From: Lama glama
Taxonomy: Eukaryota
Length of the DNA: 64,000 nt
Assembly (NCBI GenBank): GCA_028534125.1
Contig: CM052845.1
Coordinates: 8,370,001-8,434,000 of the forward strand
Reading direction: 5' to 3'
The notes under the pieces were generated by a model. The model did no database searches. It was not told the DNA's origin and worked only from the letters and a program-made list of their open reading frames with translations. Positions 1-11,449 of the stretch are shown here, piece by piece (the first letter of the stretch is position 1; every line of letters begins with the position of its first letter). The position numbers and the translations under genes are program-made.

Positions 1-504
1 CACATTTGGAGTAACATTATAACAAGTTGCCAAATTCACAGGAAGGTTTTCTAGTTTTAAAAGAATATACCAAACAATATTCAATTATACTTACTCCTAC
101 CGAGATAAGGTTGTGGCCCTTGAAAACTCTTCACTGCCAAATGCCACGGGGCCTGTTGGGAAGATTCTGCTTGATTTTGGAGCAGAGGACCCTGAGCCAG
201 GCCCAGAGTCAATCTCACACAGGCAGAAGAGAATTAGACCCTTTCATATGAAACAGACTCATATTTTATAAGGGACTTCAGTATTTATTTAGGTGGAAAT
301 CACTAAATCTGTGCTTAAACTAGTGACACAATGAACTTGCATTGCAATTCTTCACTGAAAATAATGCAATAACAGAATAATTCTAAAACACTCCCTAAAT
401 TTCTGAGAAGCTAAAAGTTTGTAAATGTTTTCTTTCCTTTCAGAATATCTGAGAAGCCAATCAATGATTAATTGAGAGCTTACTACTTGTAAGGAGTTGT
501 GAAG

Positions 505-850
505 CAGTCTGCCCAGGCTTGAGTGTGTGTATTATTTCACAGGAACTTTTATTAAAATGTAGATTCTGATTCAGTTACCCAGAGTGGGGCCTGAGATTCT
601 GCATTTCTAACCAGCTGCTCAGTCTACAGAACATACTAAAAAGATTCTACAAGAATGACTGCCCAAACTTTAGTAAGCCTAAGGTTCACAGGGGAGACGG
701 GATGGTTATTTAAAATGAATATTCTTGGTCTCCATTCCAGGATATTCTGATTAATTAAGGCGGGCCCCTGAAATGTGCATTTTTAAACAGGGCCCCCAAA
801 TGATACTGATATAGGCAGCCCATATAACAAACATAGATAAATACTTCTAT
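505..850. mobile_element. Two adjacent MER5-family (hAT-Charlie) fragments
   Basis: Typical 'gattctgattcag...ggggcctgagattctgcatttctaac' motif and a second 'attctgatt...gcatttttaaacag...cccaaatgatactgat' copy. Confidence 0.7.
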
Positions 851-2794
851 AGAGGTCAAAGACTAATAAAGCTTAGTATCTCTTTCTGAGGAATTTACCG
901 GGCAGAGGAAAGAAGACATCTGTGCCAAGCAGCCAGACTTCAAAGCAGTGTGAGAGACTTCTTAAGAACAGTACCCACAATTTGCTCTAAAGTTAGTAGA
1001 TATTAGTATTTTAGGAAGGAAAGGATTCTGAATTTTTTTTGACTAGCAAACAGAAAACTATTACGTATGAAAAGAATAGTTTATAAACAAATAGCATAAG
1101 TATATCTCGTATAACATAAATAAATGCCGGGAATCAGCTCCCCCAACTCTCTGACAAGGAACGGTTTGTTGCTGAAGCAAGCAGTCCTGATATATGTCCC
1201 GTAGCAGAAAATACTTCAAATACCCCATTGATGAGCAGGAATTTGAGGCATAACAATCACTTGGTATGCTTCCCCACTCAGGTAACACTGCAGAGATTAA
1301 AGATGATGGAATGACTGGTACTAAACCAAAAGAAATGAGAGAAGGACCAATCCTATGCATTGAAAGAAAAAAAAATTCTTGTATGAGGGGGCGTAGAGGT
1401 GGGCAGAACTAATACATCGAGCTGCAATGATCATGGTCATCCAGTGTCTGAACAAAATAACGGCATGGAGTATCTAATTCCAACCTAGCGATTTTCCACC
1501 TCCCCTCCCCTTAACATCTATTAGGGTTTAGATGCCTTCTCTAAGTGGCAATACCCCATATGGCCATCTCTGCACATCAGACATGAATTCCTCCTTCCTT
1601 TCTGCTTTCCCACAGGCTGGACGTGATGGACCTGGGTTTCTTGGCCACCTCTGAATAAAGATAAAAGGCCTCTGGAATGTCTGTATTTTTCATGATAACT
1701 AAGCAATGGTGACTGTAAAATACACTTCTGACAACTGCCTTTCTTTTATTTAAGCTCAACTAACATTGAAATTAGTACAGAACAACTTGTATTGATGATC
1801 TCTTAGAAACAGGAAGGCAGCTCACAAAGGAGGACGGTAGAGAGATACGGAGGAAAAAGCACTTGACGGGAAATGATGAGTCCTATACTCTAGGACTAAA
1901 GACCTCTGACCACCACTTCATCCCTAAAAACTGTAGTCTATTGATGTGACATATTTCTGAGGATGCTTGAAATAATACTGTAACTAAAATAATGACGTCA
2001 AAGAAACACAGAAGCAGCCACTTTATAATGGTTAGAAGCCAAGGACAACTTCTAAATCAACACTGCATCTATAACTAGCTGCTGACTATTCTGCAATCTC
2101 TAGAAGATGGGAGACACTTGGATAATTAATTTGATTTTTAAAAACAAATAGGCTAAATGTCTCCATAAATAAAGCCAGTCCCCAACTCTGTGCAAAGAAT
2201 CTCTAGTTTCTCACTTATTCTCCATTCTTATCAGTATATCCATCACTAACAGACTGCTTTCTACTGGGAAACATCAGTAAAATGAGTTTTTCCTGAGGAA
2301 AGACACTACCCCATTCACACTTCTGGGGGCCTGAAACAATGGAGCTATTTCCAAAGAGAAAACCTTGGGGATAGTGGGAGATAATCCATATCTATCAAAC
2401 TCTCAACTTAGTCCCTGTGCAAAGCATTCATGCTTTGCTTGACAACCTTTACACGACCTCTATCAAAACACCCGAATAATGAAAGACATCTCAGTCTTGC
2501 TTAAATCAACAAAGCCCATGAGTACAGACTCTGTGTCAGTGGCTGAAAACCTGAAATATATCCATTTATACATGAACTTTATTAGATACTAGTTTAGGGA
2601 GGCATGAAGAAGAAATCTTCTGAGGCTTAGGATACTAGGATGGCAGGTGTGAATCTAAAGACCTCGGGAACCCAGGCCAGTGGAATGTTTCAGTCTGCCT
2701 ACTCTGCTACAGAGCAGTTTATAAAAACCAGAAAGACTCCTATGTAGCAGCATCCAAGGCCTGTTTTAAGATCCCAGGATTGGAACATTTTGGG

Positions 2795-2883
2795 GCATGC
2801 AAGTGATTAAATATTCTAGCTCTGGGACTTTTTAAAGCAGTCTACTTTTAAACAAATATTAAAATGCTGGCTAGTCACCATGC
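2795..2883. ncRNA. Putative structured RNA hairpin, copy 1 (unassigned family)
   Basis: Terminal stems GCATG/CATGC and GTGATTA/TAGTCAC. About 88% identical to 4405-4492. Confidence 0.35.
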
Positions 2884-2924
2884 TTATTGTATGTTTTCTA
2901 CTCAATTTAATATATGCAGTAGAA

Positions 2925-3719
2925 TTTTTTTAACATTTTTTATTGATTTATAATCATTTTACAATGTTGTGTCAAATTCCAGTGTTCAGCACAATTTTTC
3001 AGTCATTCATGGACATATACACGCTCATTGTCACTTTTTTTCTCTGTGATTTATCATAACATTTTGTGTATATTTCCCTGTGNNNNNNNNNNNNNNNNNN
3101 NNNNNNNNNNNNNNNNNNNNNNNNNNNNNNNNNNNNNNNNNNNNNNNNNNNNNNNNNNNNNNNNNNNNNNNNNNNNNNNNNNNNNNNNNNNNNNNNNNNN
3201 NNNNNNNNNNNNNNNNNNNNNNNNNNNNNNNNNNNNNNNNNNNNNNNNNNNNNNNNNNNNNNNNNNNNNNNNNNNNNNNNNNNNNNNNNNNNNNNNNNNN
3301 NNNNNNNNNNNNNNNNNNNNNNNNNNNNNNNNNNNNNNNNNNNNNNNNNNNNNNNNNNNNNNNNNNNNNNNNNNNNNNNNNNNNNNNNNNNNNNNNNNNN
3401 NNNNNNNNNNNNNNNNNNNNNNNNNNNNNNNNNNNNNNNNNNNNNNNNNNNNNNNNNNNNNNNNNNNNNNNNNNNNNNNNNNNNNNNNNNNNNNNNNNNN
3501 NNNNNNNNNNNNNNNNNNNNNNNNNNNNNNNNNNNNNNNNNNNNNNNNNNNNNNNNNNNNNNNNNNNNNNNNNNNNNNNNNNTGGAGTGCAGGTGTCATC
3601 CTGAAGTAGATTTCCTTCTGGATACAAGCCCAGGAGTGGGATTCCTGGGTCATATGGTAAGTCTATTCCTAGTCTTTTGAGGAATCTCCACACTGTTTTC
3701 CATAGTGGCTGCACCAAAC
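2925..3719 (-). mobile_element. Young 5'-truncated L1 (ORF2 end + 3'UTR) with target-site duplication
   Basis: Minus frame [32 protein letters not shown] matches the L1 ORF2 C-terminus. T-rich tail at left. TSD AATATATGCAGTAG(A/G)ATTTT at 2909 and 3720. Internal 500-N gap. Confidence 0.93.
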
Positions 3720-4404
3720 AATATATGCAGTAGGATTTTTACTAAAGAAATACACCTGCCTTTCATCAGTGAGTATCATAAAAAGGTTAAGGAAAAATAA
3801 TTTTGCTCCATAGTTTCTCTATTTTTAAAGAATAGTTTCTTAAACTACAGGAAAACCTTATTTTTATTGCATTCAGTCAATGGGAAACCAAGTAAAACCA
3901 AAAATGACAGATAAATTAACAGCAACATTTAACCATGTTGCTGTGGAAGTCTATACCAACTTTTAGAATGCCCATTAATTTTTCATAGTCATGCAGCTCT
4001 GGAAATATTATGCAGCATTGAATGTGGTGACTTCTACCCAATCAAGTGTCATGAGTTCCAAGGCAGTAACTGGTACTGAAGGCCTGAGTCGCTTGGAGGG
4101 AAACTATCAAAAGTAGCTATTTGCTTACCACCTGGAGTTCCCAGCCAATACCAGAGGGATGGGCATGCTGTTCTGCTCACACCCTCTCAGCCCTTACCTA
4201 CAGAGACCTCCCACGGTGTCTATCCCACCCTCCTCCTCAAAGTCTAGTTCTGCGTATAAGGAATAAAAAGCAAACAGATTGGGGTTGTAACCATTCAGAG
4301 TTTTCACCAGCCTGAAACAAAGCCTACTTGGTAGACTTTCCAAAGTAGTCCATCTGCAAGTTTATTTCATGCTGAACTAATTAATTATTAATTCTTAGGA
4401 ACTA

Positions 4405-4492
4405 GCAGGCAGGTGATTAAATATTCTACCTCCAGGGCTGTTAAAGCAGTCTACTTTTAAACAAATATTAGAATGCTGGTTAGTCACCCTGC
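4405..4492. ncRNA. Putative structured RNA hairpin, copy 2 (unassigned family)
   Basis: Stems GCAGG/CCTGC, GTGATTAA/TTAGTCAC and TATTCTA/TAGAATG, plus inner GGCTGT-TAAA-GCAGTC. Carries a compensatory change relative to copy 1. Confidence 0.35.
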
Positions 4493-5439
4493 TTCTTGAT
4501 TGTAAAGTGACTAAATGTAGCAACCTGAAGTTCTGTAATTTTAATCCGTTCTCTGACCTCTCATTTTAAGAGGAAAGTTATTCAGGAGGCGGAAACCATG
4601 CATTAATTTATTTTGATGTGGCAACCTGCCTTCCATCTGTGTCCCCTGTAATACCTCCATTTGTTTAAAAGAAAGATAAACTGTTCTTTAAAAAGGCTTG
4701 GAGCCCTGCTTCTAACAGGACATCCTAGTTAATGTGGAGTATAAATAAATGTAAATTGTAATTTTTCATGATTTTCTGTTGAAACTAAATTCCGCCTATA
4801 AAACTGTAGACTCTGGTCCTGCACGAGCTCTTTCTAAAACAACGGAAAAGTACTCTGAAAGACAGAGTGCCTCAGAGACCATCAGAGGAGCAGAACTCCC
4901 CTAGAATCTGGCCTCCAGTCTCCCAAGAGCAGTGATGCTTCTCCAGTGAGTCTCCCTGAGGCCAGTTTCTCTTTGGTGGGGCGACAGTGCTTGCATCTGT
5001 CTCCTGAGAGGAGGTGGTACGTGAGGCAGACAGCCTTTGTGACCTACGAAGAACTAGGGGCTGGAGGGAGAAAGGGGTCATGACTTGAGTTGCTTCAGGG
5101 TATGAGAATATGGGAGTAAGTTAGAAAAGGAGGATCATGTTAGAGATTCCTAGTATTTTAACTAAAAACCCAAGTTTAAAAATGCTATGAAGTTTGTTGT
5201 CTTTCACATTTTTCTTTCTCGTACAGAAGTTTTCCCCTGCACATCCCCTATCACTCTTCTCCGGCACACCCAGCTGCATGAACAAATGTAATACGCCCAA
5301 TCCCCAGGTTTCTAATCCTGACTTCAACTCCAGGGGCAGGGCAGGCATGATGACAGAATGGACAGAAAAGCTCCTGTGACTGATAAACTGGATGGAGAGA
5401 AGAAATGAAAGGTACAGAGGTGTATATAATACCTGTCAA

Positions 5440-5660
5440 ACAGACTACCAAGCATTTTAGTACACGCATTACTTAATCCTAACTCCAACTAGATAAACTA
5501 GGTCCTACTTCTGTCTCCATTTAACAGATGAGAAAACTGAGGTTCAGAAAGCTTAAATAACTTGTAACAAAACTACAAAGTGACAGAGCCAAGACTTGAA
5601 CCTTCAACAAGATCAGATTCTCCTAAGACCTCTAAACCATTATACCCATTTCTACCCACT
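5440..5660 (-). mobile_element. MIR SINE
   Basis: Core 'ccatttaacagatgagaaaactgaggttcagaaagcttaaataacttg...gagccaagacttgaacc'. Confidence 0.85.
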
Positions 5661-6899
5661 GTTCTATGTACTTTTCCAAATTCTCGCCAATTTCTACCTG
5701 TCTTCACGCACTGCTAGTTTCATTTCAACGAATTCTATACTTTACAGATAAAGCTATCCTGAATTTGAGAGGCGACACAGTGAAGATGGGAAGGAGTGGA
5801 AAGGGAGCTAGTTTTAAGACTAGTACTGAAAACAGTGGTAGGGCTGATCCTCATGCCAATGCTAAAAAGGGCACAGGGACCAAACATGGGAGTATACCAC
5901 CTTGCAAGCATCTTAGCATCTCCCACCGGGACTATTACGCTATACATCAAAAAAAAAAAAATATGCAAAGGAGAACTTCACATATGTTCAATGTTACAGC
6001 ATTAAAATAACATGTAAAAAATACCAAATATAGGTAACTCTTTAATATTTTATTAACATTCAACGTAATTAGTTAAATCCTAATATTCTAACTAACAGAA
6101 AAGAATAATGCAAAAGTGAGCTAGAACTAGAAAACATTTTTTTAATGTTTTGTTCTGAACTTAATAGTGGACACTGTAGTTAAACCATCTCACATTTTTT
6201 GTTTGCTTTTCATGCCAACACCATCTTACATCTAACAGTGTATGTATTTTCAGAGAAAATTTAGGAATACTCAAAAGACCAGGCTGTACATTTCTGAGGT
6301 GAGAACAAAATGAACTAAGGAGCTTTATAAGTCTCCTGTTTATATCAGGGAGCTATCTATAATTCATCACCTAGCAAAAAAGGGTAATCACAAATGAAGT
6401 ATGTGACAGTTATATTAACAGCATTGTTTAAAAATTCCTCAAATAAATGCTAAATAACATTTTTAAAAAGTGCGGCAGATCCACATTGCTGATAAAGAAA
6501 GATGTCAAAGATACAAAAACACAATGCAGATGCAGTTTTGTATACATATGGACACATGAAGTCCTGAAAGTATTTGTCTCAAAGCAAGTTAAATGAAGGA
6601 CTTCCTTTTTTAAATGTTACTGAATTCATTATTTAAACCGTGTTTCATTTTTTAAAATAATAATTTCTCCTTACAAAGTCTTTCTTTTAAGAATTAGGAG
6701 ATCCCTCTCTACAAATGACAGATTTGTAAGGAAATATTTTTCAGGGATATCCAAGACTGATGATTTATAGATCCCAATTGCTGAGTAAGAGGTGGGTCTT
6801 TTTCTTTTAGTAAGAGTTGATAATGAGCACCTAAAGTTAACAGAACACTGCACTTACTATTTATTACACACTATAGTAGCATGTGCTAGTTTTCTCCAG

Positions 6900-7295
6900 T
6901 ATCTATTCTTCCCATTTTGCAAAGTAATATATTTTAGCTGGGTACACAATTTCCCAAACTCCCTTGCTAGTTAAGGTTATATTCCTAATCTCTGCCCGTG
7001 GTGTGAGCAGAAGCAATGCCGGCAAGTTCTAAATAGTTTCTGTAAAGGAAGCATATCTTCCCTCTGTTCTGCTGTATAGAAGATCTGATGGTGAGAACTG
7101 GAGCAGTTCACCTTACACCGTAAGATAAAAGTTACCTGCTGAAGACAGCAAAACAACAAAGTAGAGTCCCTGATGAATATGGAACAACCATACTGACAGT
7201 GGATCATTTTTCAGGCTTTCATGTGAGAGCAATAAATGTCTTATGTTTAAGCCACATTATTCTGGTTTTTCACTGCTGCAGTCAGTGTCATACTG
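6900..7295 (+). mobile_element. MLT1-type MaLR solo LTR (old subfamily)
   Basis: 5' part 'tttcccaaactcccttgctagttaagg' and 3' end 'aataaatgtcttatgtttaagccac'. Confidence 0.7.
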
Positions 7296-9033
7296 TATCC
7301 ATGTGTGTACACACACACAATAAGAATTTACTCTAATGCTATAAATATTGTGTCATTTTAAAGCTAAGTTTATTAAACTGATGGCTGAAAATTAACCTAC
7401 CTGTATTAAATCTTAAGATAGAAAACAGAAGCAGAAGAACCTAAGAATTTTGGTTTCCTCCTTAACCTCCTTGGTTTTTGAGCAGCAAGTTTGAAACAGA
7501 GCAGCTTCACCCTTAATGACTGCTAGCCTTGATTCCTACTTGTTAAAAGAGTAAAATATAAGATTTAAAATACCATGAGACTACTAAAAATAAAATGCAC
7601 CAAATGACCTAATAGATTTCAGAATCATAATAAAGAGAAAAGTGAACTAGAAGGAATCACTAAACACAAACTATAAAATCATCTCTAAAATTAATATCCC
7701 ACCTCACTATGATGTGAAGCAGCAACAGAAATAAACTTATACAAAGAAACAAAGCACAGTTCAAAAAGGTGATTTTTGGCTATTTTGATCTAACTTTCCA
7801 AGTTACTTTTAGGATACCATACTGGTATGTCTTGACTGCTTTCACTGCCTCTTTCTTTAACAAAGTCTTCACACAAATATATTTATAGACAGACTAAAGA
7901 CAAATGATAAAGAAACGTTAGAGAGAAAGAAAAAATTAAAAAACCCTCCAACATCAGCTTTCCCTCTACAGAGAATCAATTATTTTTAGGGACTAATGGA
8001 CTACCAATTTATAAATAAAAGTGGAATTTATAGTCTTCAGAGAATAGATATCCTTCAACAAATTAATCTAAAAGCTTTATTATTCTCCTGAAGTGCTTAC
8101 ATATCTATGTATTTAGTTAATTTTGTCAGTGTGTCAGTTTCTTACAGACATTAGGATAGTAACATTTCCTTTAAAATTTTAAATTTTCCCTTCATAGGGT
8201 ATATAGTTTCTGCTTCCAGTATCTGTCTCACTTTTTCAAAAGCATGTATTATTCAAACATTCCCACATTCTCCTTCTGGTCAGTCTCTGACCGGCAAATT
8301 TATGCACTAGGTGAAAAAAGGATGAAAAGCTAGGTCTAATTATTTCCTACTATAAGCTACAAGAGATTTTTCCAATAGACTTTTAATAGGATAAAACCTA
8401 CCCAACTGCTAGACTTTCATGCCAATCCTGTATGCATGAGTTCATACAAGACAATTAACCCCTTGGTCCTAAGCTCAGGAGGCTCCTCTCTTTGGAAAGG
8501 AAAGCTACAATTTCAGACACACTTAAATAACTTAAAATTTAAGATTTTTTCTACATCAGATGTTCCAGAAATGATCCACTGGCAGCAAAGCAGATCAAAA
8601 GATTCAGAGTAGCTTTCTGTTCTTAACGTGCGCTTAAGAGTAGAGGCAAATGAAGGTAGAAGTCACAAACAAGAACAAATGAGAACATTTCAGAAACGTG
8701 AAATCTTTGAAAGAGATGTTCTTAAATTGTTCTATGAGGAGCCAACTGGCAGACAGGACAAGATGGCAGTTAAGGAGAACATGGAATATTTCTGCTCCAC
8801 CTTGTTCTCCCATCTTTCTTGTTCTTTTACAACTGGAAAAAGGGGTAGACCTGAAACCCGAGTGAAACTGTAATATGCAAAAAATACAAATATTTACGTG
8901 ACCCCCACCCTATTCACTTTAAACCATAATGATTTAACTATTCTTATAATGACAAGCTAAAGGTCATAAAGTACACAAAGAACTCAGTACCGCACGTAAC
9001 ATTACTAAGGTGCTTACATATGCTTTGTATGTA

Positions 9034-9365
9034 TGGATCCACAATCCCTAATTCAATTCCAAAAACTAAAAGCTCAGAAAGTCTAAAGTTGGGTGTGCTG
9101 GAGGGAGAAGGTTGTGTACACAAATTCGCTGGGTGGCAAAGCATGGCCTGAAATGACTAGCTATTCACAGTTTTAATTTGTCCCATTTAGTGTAACTATT
9201 TATGTTTCATCGAAGAAATGTTAGTGTGCTTAATTACTAGGTGCTACCTTAGACCTAAGGGTTATTATGTTGTCAGTGGGTTATACAGTGTGTTACCTTT
9301 CCAAATCTGAAAGACTTTGAAGCACATCCAGTCCCAAACACTTCAGAGAATGAAGCATAGCCCTG
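9034..9365 (+). mobile_element. MER46C-like TcMar-Tigger element with TA target sites
   Basis: 'tccacaatcccta...aaagctc...ggcaaagcatggcctgaa...ttacctttccaaatctgaaa...cacatccagtcccaa...cctg', flanked by TA on both sides. Confidence 0.8.
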
Positions 9366-9367
9366 TA

Positions 9368-9530
9368 TCAACTCAACTGCCCTTACCACAACTTTATGAG
9401 ACAGGAGTTATTTTGCAAATGAGGAAACTAAGGGCTAAGGAATCTGTCCAAGGTCAAAAAGCTGGTAAGTCTTTAAGCTGAGATTTGAACTCAAGCAGTT
9501 CAGAGCCTGGACTCTTAAACCATCATGGTA
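9368..9530 (-). mobile_element. MIR SINE (interrupted by the MER46C-like element)
   Basis: 'ttttgcaaatgaggaaactaagg...ccaaggtca...gatttgaactcaagcag'. Confidence 0.8.
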
Positions 9531-10099
9531 TATACAATTCTTTTTTTTTCTGACATCATGCAGATGGGATTAGATTTTGGACTTTCTGGCCATAATTACC
9601 AAAGCAATTCAAACAGGACACTTAAAAAAAAATGTTAAAAGCCACAGTTAGGCTTCAGAAAAAGAATAGTAAGTACTGTATTTTAAGGAAAAAGAGAATT
9701 CGGGTAAACTCACTCCCATTTTATAAACAAGCAACATACACGCAGCCCATTGCTCCAGACTAGGGTTGTCGGTAAAGGGTGGAGCTTGAAGGGGCTCTGT
9801 CACAACCGTTCTCAGTACCAAGGAAACAGCGCCAGCAATGTGGAGAAGGGCACCCAAGCACATGCTTTTTTCACAGCTCCTATTGTCGCAAGTGGATGTT
9901 TCAGGGGCTGTAGTACTAACACCATGGTTTAAAAAGTTATTGTGGAGTGGAGGGGAAGTAATGATTAGAAGTCTAAACATCAGCAGGGAGAGCTAACCAC
10001 CGTCTCTCCTTTCCCGGGAAGCTCTAATTCAGTCACTTATACCACCCCAAAATCCATTCTGACCTTTCCCTCCTCCCACCCAAGAAAGTTTAACAGACC

Positions 10100-10310
10100 T
10101 CTTAAAGGTGTGCGGGCTCGCCGCGACCTCCCACTCCTGACACCCGGCTTGGCTTCAGGCCCAGCCCGCACCCGCCGACCCCCTGCCAAGATGGCGGCCA
10201 GCGCGGACCGCGCGTGACCGGAAGTGCGGCTGCGCACCTGACACGGCTTCCGGCCCGCTCTGCGCAGCCGCTCGTCAGTCGAAGAAAGAGAGGCGGACAG
10301 CGAGCTGAGG
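10100..10310. promoter_or_regulatory. Small CpG-rich housekeeping-type (probably bidirectional) promoter
   Basis: YY1 site CAAGATGGCGGC (10187-10198), ETS/GABP site ACCGGAAGTG (10217-10226), inverse CTTCCGG (~10247-10253), and TGCGCA NRF1-like half sites (10231, 10261). CpG is dense here against AT-rich surroundings. Confidence 0.75.
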
Positions 10311-11449
10311 ACCTAGGAGCTCAGCATCTTTAGCAAAACAGGAAGCATTCCAGGAAGATGGCACATGATAGGAAGAAGATGGGGAGATTGTAATTAAGGC
10401 GGAGAAGGCTGTGACTGGTAAGGAAGGTTTACAGAAACACGATAAAGCGCCACTAAAGCCGCATGCAGGGGCTGCCAGAGTCAGAGGAAATGGGATGAGG
10501 GAAGAAAACCCTAGGAGTGCTAGAAAATGAAAGGCAAAAGGGAAAGAAGCAACGAGGACCTGGAAATATCAAGAATGAGAAAACGGAATATGAAGAGTCC
10601 CAAGTGTTTCATTTCATGTTTTGGCTTAATTGTGCCTCTATCACCAGAAGAACATTTGGCGTACTAAAGGTCCACAAAAGTATTATTTAAGATTGTCACT
10701 ATGTGCTCTTAGTTCAGAAATTTCCCATGTTTTTCTATCCAAATTTACTTATTTCTCTAATACATGTATGTAGTCTATAGGAGGCAGGTGTTATTTATAA
10801 TTTTTAAGAGGATACAAGAATAAATAAATACTATGACAGGTCAAACTTCCAAAACAATAGATTTCTTTTCTATTTTTGGAAGGTTCATTTTTTTTCAGAT
10901 TTGACAGCAAGGAAACAATTTTGATACTATCTAGCCTCTGTAACAGAAAGGACGGAAAACTAGGCATTATGATGGAAAAAGTGAAACACTGGAGAGGTGA
11001 AGAGATCCACCACCATATCCGTCTTTCAAAACTGTTCAGTCTCTGGAACATTTCCATTAATGGGCAAGAAACATCCTAGTACACTATGTACACCTGTTAT
11101 TTGTAAACTCTTATGACATGAATAATGCTTTCCCCACAATCTGCTCTACTGAACTTTACTTTTTTTCCTATCAGCATAATAGTTGTGCCAAGTTTGAGAT
11201 CTGCAGTTTTAGCCACCATAATGTTCCACTGCTTTTTCTACCTTGGTTAAAAATTCCCATACAGTCTTTGCTGAAAATTAAGAAGAAACAACACTTTGCA
11301 CCATACCTATTAAAAGCAAGTGAAAGAACAATTTAAAACACCAGCTCTTCAGACTATACACAAATCTCCCATTTGTGTACCCTCAGGCACTCACAAATTA
11401 TTTGATCATTATGATTAATGTGAAAAATTGACGATTACTACAGAAAAGA

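Noticed and set aside
2795-2883. Box C/D snoRNA, SECIS or miR-16-family assignment for the hairpins
   Set aside because: GTGATTA resembles box C but there is no CTGA box D before the 3' stem. There is no SECIS UGA/GA quartet with an AAR loop, no intact miR-15/16 seed, and the loop is too large.
3028-3717. Poly-X ORFs here and at 11.4-11.9, 16.3, 32.4 and 56.4 kb
   Set aside because: Artefacts of N-runs. The flanking residues are L1 remnants.
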